Source: Octopus vulgaris (taxonomy: Eukaryota). Taken from it: a stretch of 64,000 nt of DNA. The DNA is taken from NCBI GenBank assembly GCA_951406725.2, contig OX597835.1:13454001-13518000 (forward strand), given 5' to 3'. A program made the translations under genes and the position numbers. Numbering within the stretch: the stretch's first letter is position 1; the number at the start of each line of letters is the position of its first letter. Of the stretch, positions 11,990-26,355 are shown one piece after another. The notes under the pieces are model-generated. The model saw nothing but the letters and a program-made list of their open reading frames with translations. It was not told the origin of the DNA and made no database searches.

Positions 11990-12824
11990 TTTCTAGGTCT
12001 GTGAGACAAAACCTCATTATGAAATCTTATGTGAGGAGATATGGTAACATCCTAACTACAAGCTCCAAAGCCATTTGAGGTGAGAGAGGTCCCAGACTTC
12101 TTAGTCATCTGAAACATCGTGGTGGAGACATTTGCCTCTTCATGGATGAAAAGAAGTTCATGGTAGATGAAGTTGAAAACCATCAAAATTCATGAGTAGT
12201 AGTGTACGACCCTTGCCAAGTTCCTTCAGCTATGCGTAGCAACAGTATGGCTTCCATTATGGTCTTTGGAATTGTTGCAACTGATGGGAAATTGATGCCT
12301 CCTCAATTTATTGAGACGGGTCTTAAAATCAACACAGCAAAGTGTCTCAAAATCTTAGAAGTTTTGTTGCCTTGTATTGGGAAGCATTTTGGTGTAAGTC
12401 GAATCATGTGTGTGCAGGACTCTGCATTCGCCCATTCTTTGAAAAGAGTGCAAGAATTTTTGAAGAAGGAATTGCCCATGTTTGTCCCTAAAGATATCCG
12501 GCCCTCTGGCTCACCAGATTTGAATCCATGCGATTTTTTGGCTATGCAACTTCTCACAAATGTGTGTCTTCTCTGAAAGTTTCAATCAAGTGAGCATTCG
12601 GTAAAAATGGAAAAGGAAGAAATAATTAAGGCATGTGCATCATTTCGTAAATGGATCGAACTGGTCAAGAAAGCAAATGGGGGTCACATTGAACTGAAAT
12701 AAGTGCTAAACACTCCGCAATAAATTGGCAGAAACATAAAATTTTGCAGTGTTGGATTTTGCCAAGCTATATCAATCATAATAAAGGTATTCAAATGGCC
12801 CCAATTTACCTGTTGAATCCTGTA
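11990..12824 (+). mobile_element. Decayed Tc1/mariner DD37D (maT-like) transposase remnant
   Basis: Translations give LFMDEKKFMVD (~12137), MVFGIVATDG, QDSAFAH and SPDLNPCDF, with 37 residues between the 2nd and 3rd catalytic D. Stops and frameshifts are present. Likely right end is 'cctgta' at 12824. Confidence 0.85.
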
Positions 12825-13749
12825 TTATTGTATATATATATATATATATATATATAAAACTCATCATGTTCCCTTTCTCACAGCTGCTCCCTTTGTCTGC
12901 TCTTCCATGGATGACCTGGCACTGACCTTGTTTAGACTCCACTTAATCATCAAGTTCATTTACATTTCAAGGATTTCTTTTTTTCCTTTTTGTTCTTCTG
13001 TTTTTTCTTTATCTGTTTTTTTTCTTCTGTTGAAATGTTTCATGTCAATTACTGGATTACTGAGGTCGGCCTCAACTACAATCAGGAAACCTAGATTACA
13101 CACTCAAAACAAATCATCTGTGTGGTTGTTCAATAAGAAATTGTCAAACCCTCATATGTTGTCTAATGACGGGTGAGTCCGTCATATATATATGTGTGTG
13201 TATATATATATACACACACACATACACACACTCAAAATATGAGTATATGTATATTTTTGTTAATATTTAGCAGATGTAAGGTGGTTAGCACTCTGGGCGA
13301 AATGCTTAGCAGTATTTCATCTGTCTTTACGTTCTGAGTTCAAATTCCACTGTGGTCGACTTTGCCTGTCATCTTTTCAGGGTTGATAGATTAAGTACTA
13401 GTTGTGTACTGGGGTCAATCTGATCGACTGGCCCTCTCTCCAAAAATTTCGGGCCTTGTGCCTAGCATAGAAAAGAATCGTTAGCAGAAGTAACGGGGTT
13501 ACTCTGTTATTTCTGCTAAACATTAATAAAAATAATGTGTGTGTGTGTGTGTGTATGTGTGTCCCTGCCACTACTTGACAGCTGGTGTTGGTGTGTTTGC
13601 ATCCCCATAACTTAGTGGTTCAGTAAAGAAGATAGAAAAAGCGGTAGCGTTTGACTCAGATTTTTCAAGGCTGTGCCCCAGTATGGTCACGGTCTAATGA
13701 CTGAAACAGGTAAAAGTTAAAAGGTAAATGGATACACACACACACACAC

Positions 13750-14106
13750 ACACAGATAAACAGACTCCACAGACAGACAGACAGACAGACAGACTGATAG
13801 ATAGATAGACAGATAGATAGATAGACAAACAGACAGATAGACAGACAGACAGACAGATAGATAGATAGATAGATAGACAAACAGACAGATAGACAGACAG
13901 ACAGACAGATAGACAGACAAACAGACAGATAGACAGATAGATAGATAGACAGATAGATAGATAGACAGACAGATAGACAGACAGACAGATAGACAGACAG
14001 ACAGACAGATAGACAGATAGATAGATAGACTGATAGATAGATAGACAGACAGATAGACAGACAGACAGATAGATAGATAGACAGACAAACAGACAGATAG
14101 ACAGAC

Positions 14107-14148
<42 letters not shown>
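13750..14148. repeat. (GATA/GACA)n tetranucleotide tract (complementary type at 37265-37605)
   Basis: Read directly. Confidence 0.97.
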
Positions 14149-14624
14149 GTTTCTTTATTGGCCACACAGGGCTGCACACAGATGGGACAAGTTACAAGGT
14201 AGAGCTTTTCTTTTGGGGGATGAAAAAAACAAAAAACAAAAGAAACAAAAAAGAAGGGGTGGCGTAGGTTTTCGATCAAGAGGGATCATAATAGATAGAT
14301 AGATAGATAGGGAGGCAGGTAGATAGATAGGTAGGTAGGTAGGTAGGCAGGCAGGCTGGCAGGCAGGCAGGCAGACGGACAGACAGACAGGTAGGTTGGA
14401 AGACAGATTGCTAGATAGATAGACAGACAGACAGATATACATCAGTTGGGAAATTACACCTGTGGATGTGGGTGTATGTTTTGTATACATACAAATGTAT
14501 ATATATATGTGTGTGTATGTGTTTGTGTGTGTGAGTATGTATTTGTGCATGTGTATATTCATATATGTATGTGTGTGTGTGTATATGACCTCGTCTGTAT
14601 GTGACCTCGTCTGTATGTATCACT

Positions 14625-14815
14625 AGCAATTTTTTTTTTTTCCCTGTCTTCCCTTCTCGGGATCTTTCCTTCTCCTATGTTTCCGACGAAGAGCTCCGCT
14701 CGAAACGTCAAACCCTCCTTCTTCCCTTCTTTCCTGAGCGTCCAATAATACTTTATTTGTTCGACGTCCTTGCGTTGTTGTTTATTTGTTTTTGTTTTCT
14801 TGTTTGGATTAACTA
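14625..14815 (+). mobile_element. Dispersed Penelope-like short element (family P2) with hammerhead-like motif at 14679-14713
   Basis: GUUU CCGACGA A GAGC UCC GCUC GAAAC GUC AAAC. Ends 'tttggattaac' followed by (TA)n. Confidence 0.6.
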
Positions 14816-15410
14816 TATATATATATACACACACACACACATATACATAACCCCTACATACATATTGTTTTTTGTTTTTGTTTTTCCAGTTTCAGCTCTT
14901 GAGCTGTGGCCATGCTGGGGCACCGCCATTGTGGTGAAAGAGTACAGCAGGGATCACCACCCCCTGCCGGAGCCTCGTAGAGCTTTTTAGGTGTTTTCGC
15001 TCAATAAACACACACAACGCCCGGTCTGAGAATCGAAACCGCGATCCTGCGACCGCGAGTCCGCTGCCCTAACCACTAGGCCATTGCGCCTCTACATATA
15101 TATATATATAATTATATTTATTGATATTCTTTTTTTTTTATTATTATTTCAATTTCCCTAATCTTTTGAATTCTCAATGCGACATGTGAAAAGTTGAAAC
15201 TTTTCTTCTTGTGTTGTATTCCAAACCCTAACTTCAACTTCTTTGACCAAAAAAAGAAAAAGAGAAAAAGAAAAACAGGAAGAAACTTTGCAGAGAAAAT
15301 AATTACAGAGGCGGCGGAAAAAAGTAGGAAGAATTTTGGTCGAAAGGCATCACATTCACCACGGTTATCTTATCTTGTAACGTGTCGAGTAATTGCCTGG
15401 TTCAGCTTTT

Positions 15411-15454
<44 letters not shown>

Positions 15455-15628
15455 ATGTGTGTGTGTATTTATGTATGTGTGTTTATATACATGTATATAC
15501 TCACACTCACATATATACTGGTTTTAAATTGATATATATATATGTAAGCATGTGTATATGTATATGTATGTATGTAAAGATGTATATGTATGTATTTGTA
15601 TATATATATATATATATATATATATTTA

Positions 15629-15674
<46 letters not shown>

Positions 15675-15680
15675 TATATG

Positions 15681-15715
<35 letters not shown>

Positions 15716-15727
15716 AACATATATATA

Positions 15728-15768
<41 letters not shown>

Positions 15769-15777
15769 ATATATATA

Positions 15778-15818
<41 letters not shown>

Positions 15819-15823
15819 ATATA

Positions 15824-15869
<46 letters not shown>

Positions 15870-15906
15870 CGTACTATATATATATATATAAACATATATA
15901 TATATA

Positions 15907-15939
<33 letters not shown>

Positions 15940-17581
15940 GTATGTGTGTGTCTGTGTGTGTGTGCATGATTATATATGTGTGTGTCCACAGTGTCTTTAG
16001 ATCCATTTTTGTTTTCTGCAACACTCTCTGCGCTAATGACATGCTCAACATTTCCATCTATAAATTAAATACCTGTCTCTCCTGCTCTCTTTCTACTTTC
16101 TTCCTTTGCAACCTGTTTTTCATCTTTACTTTTCTTTTGTTTTTCTTTTTGTGTGTGTGTGTGTTCTTTTTTTATTATTGTCTTTTGGTTCATCTTATTT
16201 CGAGCCAAAGCAAAACTATTCATTTTACTCGATGTAAAGAATTCAAAACACGAGAAAGTTCTTGAGAAAGGAAGCTAATCTTACACGGCGCTGCCACCAC
16301 CATCATGCACATCTCTTTGTCTTTCCCGCACCCCATCATTACTCCCCCGCCTCGTCCACTTTATATAAAGCTAGGTAGCCATGTATCTACTTGACAGCAA
16401 GAATCTTATTTCTGTCTCTTTCATCTCGCTTTAACCTCTGGAAACTTTAACAGAAAACCTCCACCCATCTCTTTCTACTCTACATGTTGTGAGTTCCATG
16501 GCCACTTCACTAGTGCTGGTGCCACAAACAAAATAATGCACCATGAGCACTCTGTACAAAAAGGCATCCAGCCATGGAAACCATACCAAAGCAATCATTG
16601 GCGCATGACACATTCCTCCAACTTGTAGGATCATGTTCAACTATCCATCCTCTGCCAGCATGGAAGATACACATTAAATGTTTACATATTGATTATTGTG
16701 ATTGAGGAGAGTGCACCATCCTAATGTGGCTGATGCCAGCGCCGCCTTGGCTTTCTTCCATGCTGGTGGCACTTAAAAAGCACCAACCGACTATGGCCAC
16801 CACCAGCCTCCTCTGGCCCGTGTGCCGGTGGCACGTAAAAAGCTCCTACTACACTCATGGAGTGGTTGGCGTTAGGAAGGGCATCCAACTGTAGAAACAC
16901 TGCCAGATCAGACTGGAGCCTGGTGCAGCCTCCTGGCTTCCCAGACCCAGGTCGAACCGTCCAACCCATGCTAGCATCGAAAACGGACGTTAAGCAATGA
17001 TGTATGTAAATTGTAGTCGTTGGCTGAAGCTGGTGTCACGTAACTGGCACCCATGCCAGTGGCACATAAAAAGCACCTTTCAAGCATTGGGCCTCATGAA
17101 GGCAAAGTGGATGATGCTGGTGGCACATGAAATGCTCTTTTGAGTGTTGGGCCTCATGGAGGCGAGGACCGAGACCTTTGGCATTATGTCATGCTTGAGA
17201 AGAAGACCCATCAAGCCAAGCAAAATTGCTGTCATAACAGATACTGGTGTCATGCAAATGGCACCTGTGCAGGTGGTATGTAAAAGCACACATATGTGTG
17301 TGTGTATGTTTGTGTCATATGTCCATTTTCCGTGTGTGTGTGTATTATATATACTGCACCAAGCTACTGTGTCTGTTTTGGCATGGGTTTTACAGCTGGA
17401 TGCCCTTCCTTACACCGACCACCCTGCAGAGTGGACCAAGTGCTTGCTTCTTATACTCACACTTGTATAAATATATTTGTTATGAATGTATGTAGCAGGT
17501 AATTTCACCATATACAAATGAAATGAAAGCTATAAAATGTGTGATACTTCTGGCAAACAGATTAATTGTAGGAACAGAACT

Positions 17582-17584
<3 letters not shown>

Positions 17585-17631
<47 letters not shown>

Positions 17632-17651
17632 TAATAATGATAATAATAATG

Positions 17652-17682
<31 letters not shown>

Positions 17683-17729
17683 TGATAATGATAATAATGA
17701 TAATAATAATGATAATGATAATAATAATC

Positions 17730-17772
<43 letters not shown>

Positions 17773-17822
17773 TAATAATGATGATAATGATAATAATAAT
17801 AATGATAATAATGATGATAATG

Positions 17823-17868
<46 letters not shown>

Positions 17869-17873
17869 TAATA

Positions 17874-17931
<58 letters not shown>

Positions 17932-17960
17932 TAATAATGATGATAATGATGATGATAATA

Positions 17961-18003
<43 letters not shown>

Positions 18004-18116
18004 TAATAATAATGATAATAATAATAATAATAATGATAATAATGATGATAATGATAATAATAATAATGATAATGATAATAATAATAATAATGACAATAAT
18101 AATAATAATAATAATG

Positions 18117-18153
<37 letters not shown>

Positions 18154-18175
18154 CAACAATAATGATAATAATAAA
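17585..18175. repeat. (AAT/GAT)n tract (complementary type at 40600-41205)
   Basis: Read directly. Confidence 0.98.
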
Positions 18176-18536
18176 TAACTATAACTAATGATAAATACTA
18201 TACATTCGTTACATATCTCAGTGATTAGCTGCAGTTGCAATATAATTAACTGGAAATTAAGTGCTGTAAAGCAGAAAACGAACCAAAGTTAGAAAAGGTT
18301 TCAGAATACACTATCTTAAATCTGATTTAGACAGGCTATATACATGCTTATGTATATATACATATACACGCATAGAAGTATATAAATATACGTTCACATG
18401 TGCATAAACATATATGCACACACAGACACCCACAACAGCATAAAGAGATGGCCTTCTTTTTTAAACTGATTTACAGACCACAGAAATATGTTATGTGAGG
18501 TGCATGATGTTAAGGGCTGCAGAAGGAAAAAGCATA

Positions 18537-18951
18537 ACTCTTTACTCTTTACTCTTTTACTTGTTTCAGTCATTTGACTGCGGCCATGCTGGAGCACCGC
18601 CTTTAGTCAAGCAAATCGACCCTGGAACTTATTCTTTGTAAGCCCAGTACTTATTCTATCGGTCTCTTTTGCCGAACCGCTAAGTGACGGGGATGTAAAC
18701 ACACCAGCATCGGTTGTCAAGCGATGCTAGGGGGACAAACACATACACACATACACACACACACTTATATATATATACATATATATGACAGGCTTCTTTC
18801 AGTTTCCGTCTACCAAATCCACTCACAAGGCATTGGTCGGCCCGGGACTATAGCAGAAGACACTTGCCCAAGATGTCACGCAGTGGGACTGAACCCGGAA
18901 CCATGTGGTTGGTAAGCAAGCTACTTACCACACAGCCACTCCTGCGCCTAT
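18537..18951 (-). mobile_element. SINE family A, full length
   Basis: Tail 'ctcttttact' through head 'cacagccactcctgcgcc'. Confidence 0.85.
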
Positions 18952-19608
18952 AAGACAATAAATAATTATTTTAGGTGCAAAGCCTGAAATTTCTGGGGAA
19001 TGGACTAGTCGATTACATTTACCCCCAACGCTCATCCGGTATTTATTTCATCAACCCAGTATTCAACTGGTACTTACTTCACTGACCCCCAAAAGAACGA
19101 AAAGCAGCATCAACTCTGATGGAATTTGAGCTCAGAGCGTAAAGACAGATGGAATGCTGCTAAGCATTTTGCCCAGCATGCTAACGATTCTACCATCTTG
19201 CTATCTTAGCAATAATAATAATACTTTCTATTATCAGCACAAGGCCTGAAATTTTGAGGGAAGGGCTAGTTGATTACATCAATCCCCAGCATTCAACTGG
19301 TACTTATTTCATCAACCGAGAAGAGATGAAAGGCAAAGTTAACCTCAGTGGAATTTGATCTCAGAATGTAAATGACTAAAAGACCAAAAAGAATAATGGG
19401 CTTCCATGCTGTGGGATTGAACCTAAAACCATGTGATTGCAAAGGAACCTTCTTAACCCCTCAGCCACTTCTGCACCTGTATTTAACATTATTATTGAAC
19501 CCCCCCCCCCTCCTCATTTTCCCAGGACTGCCAATTACTTAGATTTTAACTATTGGGAAGATAAAATTAAAAAAAAAAAAAAAAAAAAAAATATGGAAAA
19601 ATCTTCTT

Positions 19609-19624
19609 CGTTGCTATAGCAACG
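19609..19624. promoter_or_regulatory. Palindromic RFX X-box candidate
   Basis: cGTTGCTATAGCAACg is a perfect 16-bp palindrome fitting the GTTRCY-AT-RGYAAC X-box pattern. Confidence 0.5.
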
Positions 19625-22622
19625 GTTGTTTGTTGTCAATGAGAAAGAATTAATTAACAAGGAATAAAAAAACATATCAGTTAGATAAATGAACTAATGA
19701 GCTAATAGGCTTTTAACAAGACAAATATCCTAACGGACTTCTTCCAATTGCATTCAGCAGATGTTAAGCTGATTGATTCTTTGTGAGTTTCTGATGAGGA
19801 GTTGTGTGCAATCAATAGGATTTCTGTTTGTGAAGGTAGCATCTGTGTGGTGTAGTGTTCTGCAGACCAGGTGTGAAATGAACCTTTTATTGTGACAGGT
19901 CTCAGGTCGAAGCAGGTGTGACATTGTGTGGGATGAGGTTGGACCTGTGAATTACAGGTACAGCCCAAAGAGAGAGAGAGAGAGAGTTAGAAAGAAAGAA
20001 AGAAAGAATTGTGGTATTTCGTCTGCCGTTATGTTCTGAGTTCAAATTCCGCCTAGGTCGACTTTGCCTTTCATCCTTTCGGGGTCGATAAATTAAGTAC
20101 CAGTTATGCACCGGGGTCGATGTAATTGACTTAATTCGTTTGTCTGTCCTTGTTTGTCCCCTCTATATTTAGCCCCTTGTGGGTAATAAAGAAATAAGAA
20201 AGAGAGAAAGAGACAGAAAGAAAGAGGATGAGAGAAGGAGAGAGAAAAGCTAGAGAAAAAAAGAAGGAATGTGAGAGAGAAAGAGCAAGAGAGAGAGAGA
20301 GTGAGTGAGAGAGAAAGAGAAGGAAGAAGAAGAAAATAATTAAAAAAAACTGATTTCTGATTTAGGTAGAAGGCCAAGAGAAGGAGTAAGTTAATTACAC
20401 TAGCCCTACAAGGTGGCGAGCTGGCAGAATCGTTAGCACACCGGGCAAAATGCTTAGCAGTATTTCATCTTTACATTCTGAGTTCAAACTTCACCGAAGT
20501 AGACTTTGCCTTTCATCCTTTGGAGGACAATCTAATCGATTGGCCCCTTCCCCAAAATTTTCAGCCCTTATGCCTAAAGTAGAAAAGAATTACACTAACC
20601 CTTACTGGTACTGATTTTATCAACCCTGAAATGTTACCGATTGTTAGGGCCTATAATGCTATATGCTTGGCCAAGATGTTGCATAGTGGAACTGAACCTG
20701 AAATCATGTGGTTTGGAAGCAGACTTCTTAACCACACAGCCATGCCTTCATCTTTTGTAAATGTAAATATAACAATTGCTGTTATATATAAATAAAACAG
20801 ACCATGGTATATTTGTTCCTTTTCTTTTGGCGTCAACTCCCTGGTAAAGAAATAGTTTGACTAATGAATGAATTCAGTTTCTTGATAAAAAACATATTCA
20901 TAAGATATTGAACTTGTCATTCTAGGTTTAAAAGGAAACAAAAATTTCTCTCAGAAATTCAATGGAAGTTCTAATTTGGGGTATTTTTTTTTTTTTTTTG
21001 GTTTTTTTTTTCCTCCTGTCGGTGCCATTTTCCAAGCAAAAGTCTAGTTTTCCATTACATTGTTATCGGCCGAGACTTGCGCAGACAGGAGTTTTGTCTG
21101 TTGGCTTAAATAGTCTTTGCAATCACCAGTTTTCTATATCCAGGTGAATCCTTTGTTGGAAATGTCATCCTATTATTCCAAAATCAAGACAGTATAAGCC
21201 ACCTACAGAAAGAACACATAACCATTTATCTATTCACTGTTCCAGTCTGTGCTTGTTTCAGAAAGGGGTCTTAGCGACTTTTTTTTTCAAAGCATTTTTC
21301 TCATAACTCTAAAATAACATCATTATTGAATTTGTCTGTTTTGTTAATCTATTTTTTAATGACTCTTTTTCTCTCAGTTCTTCATTTTTTTCTTTCCCCA
21401 CCTTTTTTATTTATTTATTTTTTTCTCCGCTTAAACATTTTCTTAACAAAACCTTTTCAAGTTTGTTTTTCAAAAGATTAATTTCGAAAAAATAAAGAAG
21501 ATAATGATGATGATAATAATAACGATAAAGAAAAATCTGAAGAAAAATTTTGAATACTTTTGTCTTTCTGTTGTTCGGTGAATGAATGTTCACCGTTCCG
21601 TCTCGACTACAATACAGCTTTTGTTATACCATCACAATTTAGACAGATATCTTTTGGAGTTTCTTTTTTAAATAATGTCAGCTGTGTCTTGTCAAACGTT
21701 GCTGATTAGTTAAAAAGTCAAGATAAATGTATTTCCTTATTCCCCAACAACTCTTCATCCTTATTTGGTTCATTTTCCTGATTTTTCAAAAATACTTTCT
21801 GATAAATTACCAAATTTTTTAAGATTTTCAAAATATTCTTTCAATTTTTTTTCTTTTTGCTTTTTTTATTTTATAATTTCTTCTGATAAGATAAAGACCA
21901 ACTCATTGTTGAAATCAAACAGGTCACTGCTTTTTACACTCAATCCCACCATCACCCATCAAATACTATAATGCAACAAAAAGAAAAAAAAAAAAGAGAG
22001 AAAAATGTGTTTGTGTGTATAATTGCGTTGGCCAAAATGTCTGTTGGGTTTTTTAAAGTGAAAATACGACACAAGTGTTAAATACAAAATGATTTATTCA
22101 ATCAATATGATAACTGCTTTCATCATTTCATTCCAGTATCTTCTGCCATCTTTAGTGTCAACAAAAACCAAACAGATTTTTTTTAACCAACCCAGTGTGT
22201 GTGTGTGCAAGAGAGAGAGAGAGAGAGACTCTATTATCATTTGACTCTCTGAGAAAATTACATAAGCATTAACTTCTTTCCATGACTCACTACTTGTAGA
22301 AGAGATTAATATCTGTTTCTTTATTACCCACAAGGGGCTAAACATAGAAGGGACAAACAAGGACAGACAAACAGATTAAGTCGATTATATCGACCCCAGT
22401 GCGTAACTGGTACTTAATTTATCGACCCCGAAAGGATGAAAGGCAAAGTCAACCTCGGTGAAATTTGAACTCAGAACGTAACAGCAGACGAAATACGGCT
22501 ACACATTTCGCCCGGCGTGCTAATGTTTCTGCCAGCACTATAAACTATTATTGGTGCTGATACAAACCAGCTCCGGTTTCCCTTGGACCTAAATTGTTAC
22601 ACAAGAAATGTCATTTTGCTTT

Positions 22623-22850
22623 TTAACCCTTTAGCGTTCAAATTAATATGTCAAAAGTAATCCTTATTCATTTACATATTAAAAAATTAATCTGGTATTA
22701 TTTTGTAGCTTCAAGATTTGAAAGATGTAATTGTTTATTTTTAGAATGACATTGCAGGGTAGGTGTGAGATACTGGTTCTGGCCAGTTTGAGCATAACAT
22801 GAGTAGAATATTTGGGCCAGATATAGCCGGTTTAAACACTAAAGGGTTAA
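22623..22850. mobile_element. piggyBac-like MITE (TTAA TSD), second family; related copies at ~8746-8920, ~49520-49665, 54839-55041
   Basis: TTAA-ccctttagcgttcaaa ... tttaaacactaaaggg-TTAA. Confidence 0.65.
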
Positions 22851-23873
22851 ATTCATGACGAATAAATACATATGTAATGTAATCCCTCGTCATATCGCAG
22901 TTCACCTATTGTGGTTTATTACTTAAGCTTACATCGATTCCTCCATGGTGTTGCTTTGCAACCCTGATCAAACTGTCCAACCCATGCCAGCATGGACAAT
23001 GAACATTAGATGATGATGATGATGGCACTTAACCTCATTGTTGTTTAGCCTCCAAGGATCCCTTGATTACATGTATAGGCACAGGCATGGCCATGCGGTT
23101 TAAATGCTAGCTTCCCAATGACATGGCTTCCAGTTCAGTCCCACTGCATGGTACTTTTTACAAGTGTCTCCCTCTATGGCCCCATGCCAATCAAAGCCTT
23201 GTGAGTGAATGTGGTTGACGGAGACTGTAAGAGGCAAAAACACTGCCATATATGTGTGTGTGTGTGTGTGTTCCCTTGTCTTGATATTGTATGCTAGCTG
23301 AGAACAAGCATCACTGTTATACAAGCAGTGTTGTTTCATTACAATCATCATCATCATCGTTTAACGTCCGTTCTCCATGCTAGCATGGGTTGGACGGTTC
23401 GACTGGGGTCTGGGAAGTCAGGAGGCTGCACCAGGATCCAGTCTCCAGTCTGATCTGGCAGTGTTTCTACAGCTGGATGCCCTTCCTAATGCCAACCACT
23501 CCGACAGTGTAGTGGGCACTTTTTACATGCCACTGGCATGGAAGCCAGTAAAGGCGGCGCTGGCATCGGCCCCGTTCGGATGGTGCTTTTTATGTGCCAC
23601 CGGCACAGAAGCCAGTCTTCTGTGGAAATATGTATCACTGCACAAGGGGAAAATAATATTACCTGGCTTGGCAACAGAGGAGGGTTGGCAACAGGAAGAG
23701 CATCCGGCTGTAGAAAAATAACCTCACTAAAATTTATCTGACTGTGCATGTACGCATAGAAAATTTAGGCATTAGGCATTAAACAACTTTGACGAGGATA
23801 CTGATTGTGGTGGTGTTGGGGATGATGGTGATGATGATGATGACAATGGTGATGATGATGATAATAATGACAG

Positions 23874-23909
<36 letters not shown>

Positions 23910-24665
23910 CGACGATGATGATAACGATACCAATGATGATGATGATAATGACGATGATGATGATGATGATGATGTTGATGATGATGATGATGATGATGAT
24001 ATGCAGACAACTGAACTTTTGGGGGGAGAAAATATTAAAAAAGAAAAAGAAAAGCAAAAAAAAAAAAAAAAGCCAAGTCTTTAATAACATGTCGGGTAGC
24101 AACGAAATAAATAAGAATAAAATCAACTTATTGCTAAGCTTGCGTTCCTGTGTTTAATATTAGATATTCTACAATGGCAGCAAATGGGTGTTTGGTACAG
24201 AAAACGCTTGGTTCTAGCATCATTAATTGCGAGGAGATAAGTAATAAAAAAAAAGAAGATAATATAAAGAAAAAGTGTAAAGAAAAACAAACAAACCAAA
24301 AACAAAAACGTAACAAAATAACTACAAATATAAATAATAACATCCACTCTGCTGTGAAGTAGACGCTTCCAGCCGTTGTCTGTATGGTTTAGTGGAGCAA
24401 GCAAAATAATGTGGTTTTGTCTAAAAGCATGACATAAAGCGAGCAGACAGCGTTGGATGCACAATCTTAACCGAATTATCTCTCGCTCGTCTTTTACTCG
24501 TCTAAATAGCCAAACGAGGCTGCGGGGAAAAAAAAAAAAATATAACCCACTTCCAAAACTTCGTTTCATTATTTTTGTGTGTGTGTTTGATGGTGGTCTT
24601 GGTAGCTGTTGTAGTTTTTTTTAGTTGTTGGAGTGGCAGCAGTGGTAATAGTAATGGCGGCGGCG

Positions 24666-24679
<14 letters not shown>

Positions 24680-24718
<39 letters not shown>

Positions 24719-24775
24719 TGAAGTAGTAGTTGTAGTAGTAGTAGTAGTAGTAGCAGAGTGTAGTAGTAGCAGAGT

Positions 24776-24807
<32 letters not shown>

Positions 24808-24937
24808 TGAAGTAGTAGTAGTTGAAGTAGTAGTAGTTGAAGTAGTAGTAGTAGTAGCGGCAGTAGTAGTATCATTGTGTAGTAGCAGTGGTTGAAGTAG
24901 TAGTAGTAGTAGTAGCAGAGTGTAGTAGTAGCAGAGT

Positions 24938-24971
<34 letters not shown>

Positions 24972-25178
24972 CGGCAGTAGTAGTATCATTGTGTAGTAGC
25001 AGTAGTTGAAGTAGTAGTAGTAGTAGCGGCAGTAGTAGTATCATTGTGTAGTAGCAGTAGTTGAAGTAGTAGTAGTAGTAGCGGCAGTAGTAGTATCATT
25101 GTGTAGTAGCAGTAGTTGAAGTAGTAGTAGTAGTAGCGGCAGTAGTAGTAGCAGAGTGTAGTAGTAGTAGTAGTGGTG

Positions 25179-25209
<31 letters not shown>

Positions 25210-25310
25210 GTGCAGTAGTAGCTGCAGTAGTTGTAGTAGTAGCAGTAGTAGTAGCAGAGTGCAGCAGCAGCAGTAGTAGCAGCAGCAGTAGTAGTAGCGC
25301 TAGTAGTAGC
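24680..25310. repeat. (TAG)n tract with embedded higher-order ~55-bp units
   Basis: 'gcggcagtagtagtatcattgtgtagtagcagt..ttgaagtagtag' occurs about four times. Confidence 0.95.
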
Positions 25311-25809
25311 ACCAGTTGTTGTTGTGGTTGTCATAGCAACATTACCCTCACAGCTGTATCTTTTCCTTCTGAGCTTTTGCTTGTTTCAGTCATCAGACTG
25401 TGACCACGCTGGGGCATCACCATGAAGGGTGTTGGGGAAACAAACCAACTCCAGTACCTTTTTTTTCCCCCACCCTGGTACTAGCCCTTTTAACTGAACT
25501 AGTAAGTTACAGGGGCGTAAACAAACCACCACCGGTTATCAAGTGGTGGTGGTGGTGGTGGTGGTGGTGGTGGTGGAAGACAAACACAAACATAAACACA
25601 CACATACACGAAGGGCTTCTTTCAGTTTCCATTTCCCAAATCCACTCACAAGGTTTTGGTAGACCCAAAGATAGAGAAGGAAACACTTGCCAGAGATGCT
25701 ATACAGTGGGACTGAACCTGGAGCCTTGTGGTTCGTAAGCAAAGTTCTTACCACACAGCCACCACATCTGCATCTGTGTATAGCAGTTTTTTGGCTTCTT
25801 ATATCATCA

Positions 25810-25846
<37 letters not shown>

Positions 25847-26061
25847 GAAGGGGCGAGCTGGCAGAATCATTAGCACGCCAGGCGAAAATGCTTAGTGGCA
25901 TTTCGTCTGTCTTTACGTTCTAAGTTCAAATTCCACCAAGGTCGACTTTGCCTTTCATCTTTTCAGGGTTGATAAATTAAGTACTAGTTGCGTACTGGGG
26001 TCGATCTAATCGACTGGGCCCTTCCCCCAAAATTTTGCATCTTGTGCCTAGAGTAGAAAAG

Positions 26062-26094
<33 letters not shown>

Positions 26095-26225
26095 TATGGG
26101 TTTTTCTTCTTCTTTCAAATTTGCTTCCATTTCTTGCCGAGTGTCTTCCCGACTCCTAGGGCAAAGAAACTCATAGTATACATTGGTAGGCCATTAAACT
26201 AAACTCACTAGTTCGTTCATTATTA

Positions 26226-26272
<47 letters not shown>

Positions 26273-26321
26273 TATATTATTATTATTATTATTATTATTA
26301 TTGTTATTATTATTATTATTA

Positions 26322-26355
<34 letters not shown>

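Noticed and set aside
19791-19830. Isolated CTGATGAG hammerhead-like heptamer
   Set aside because: No stem II or downstream GAAA/NUH arrangement.
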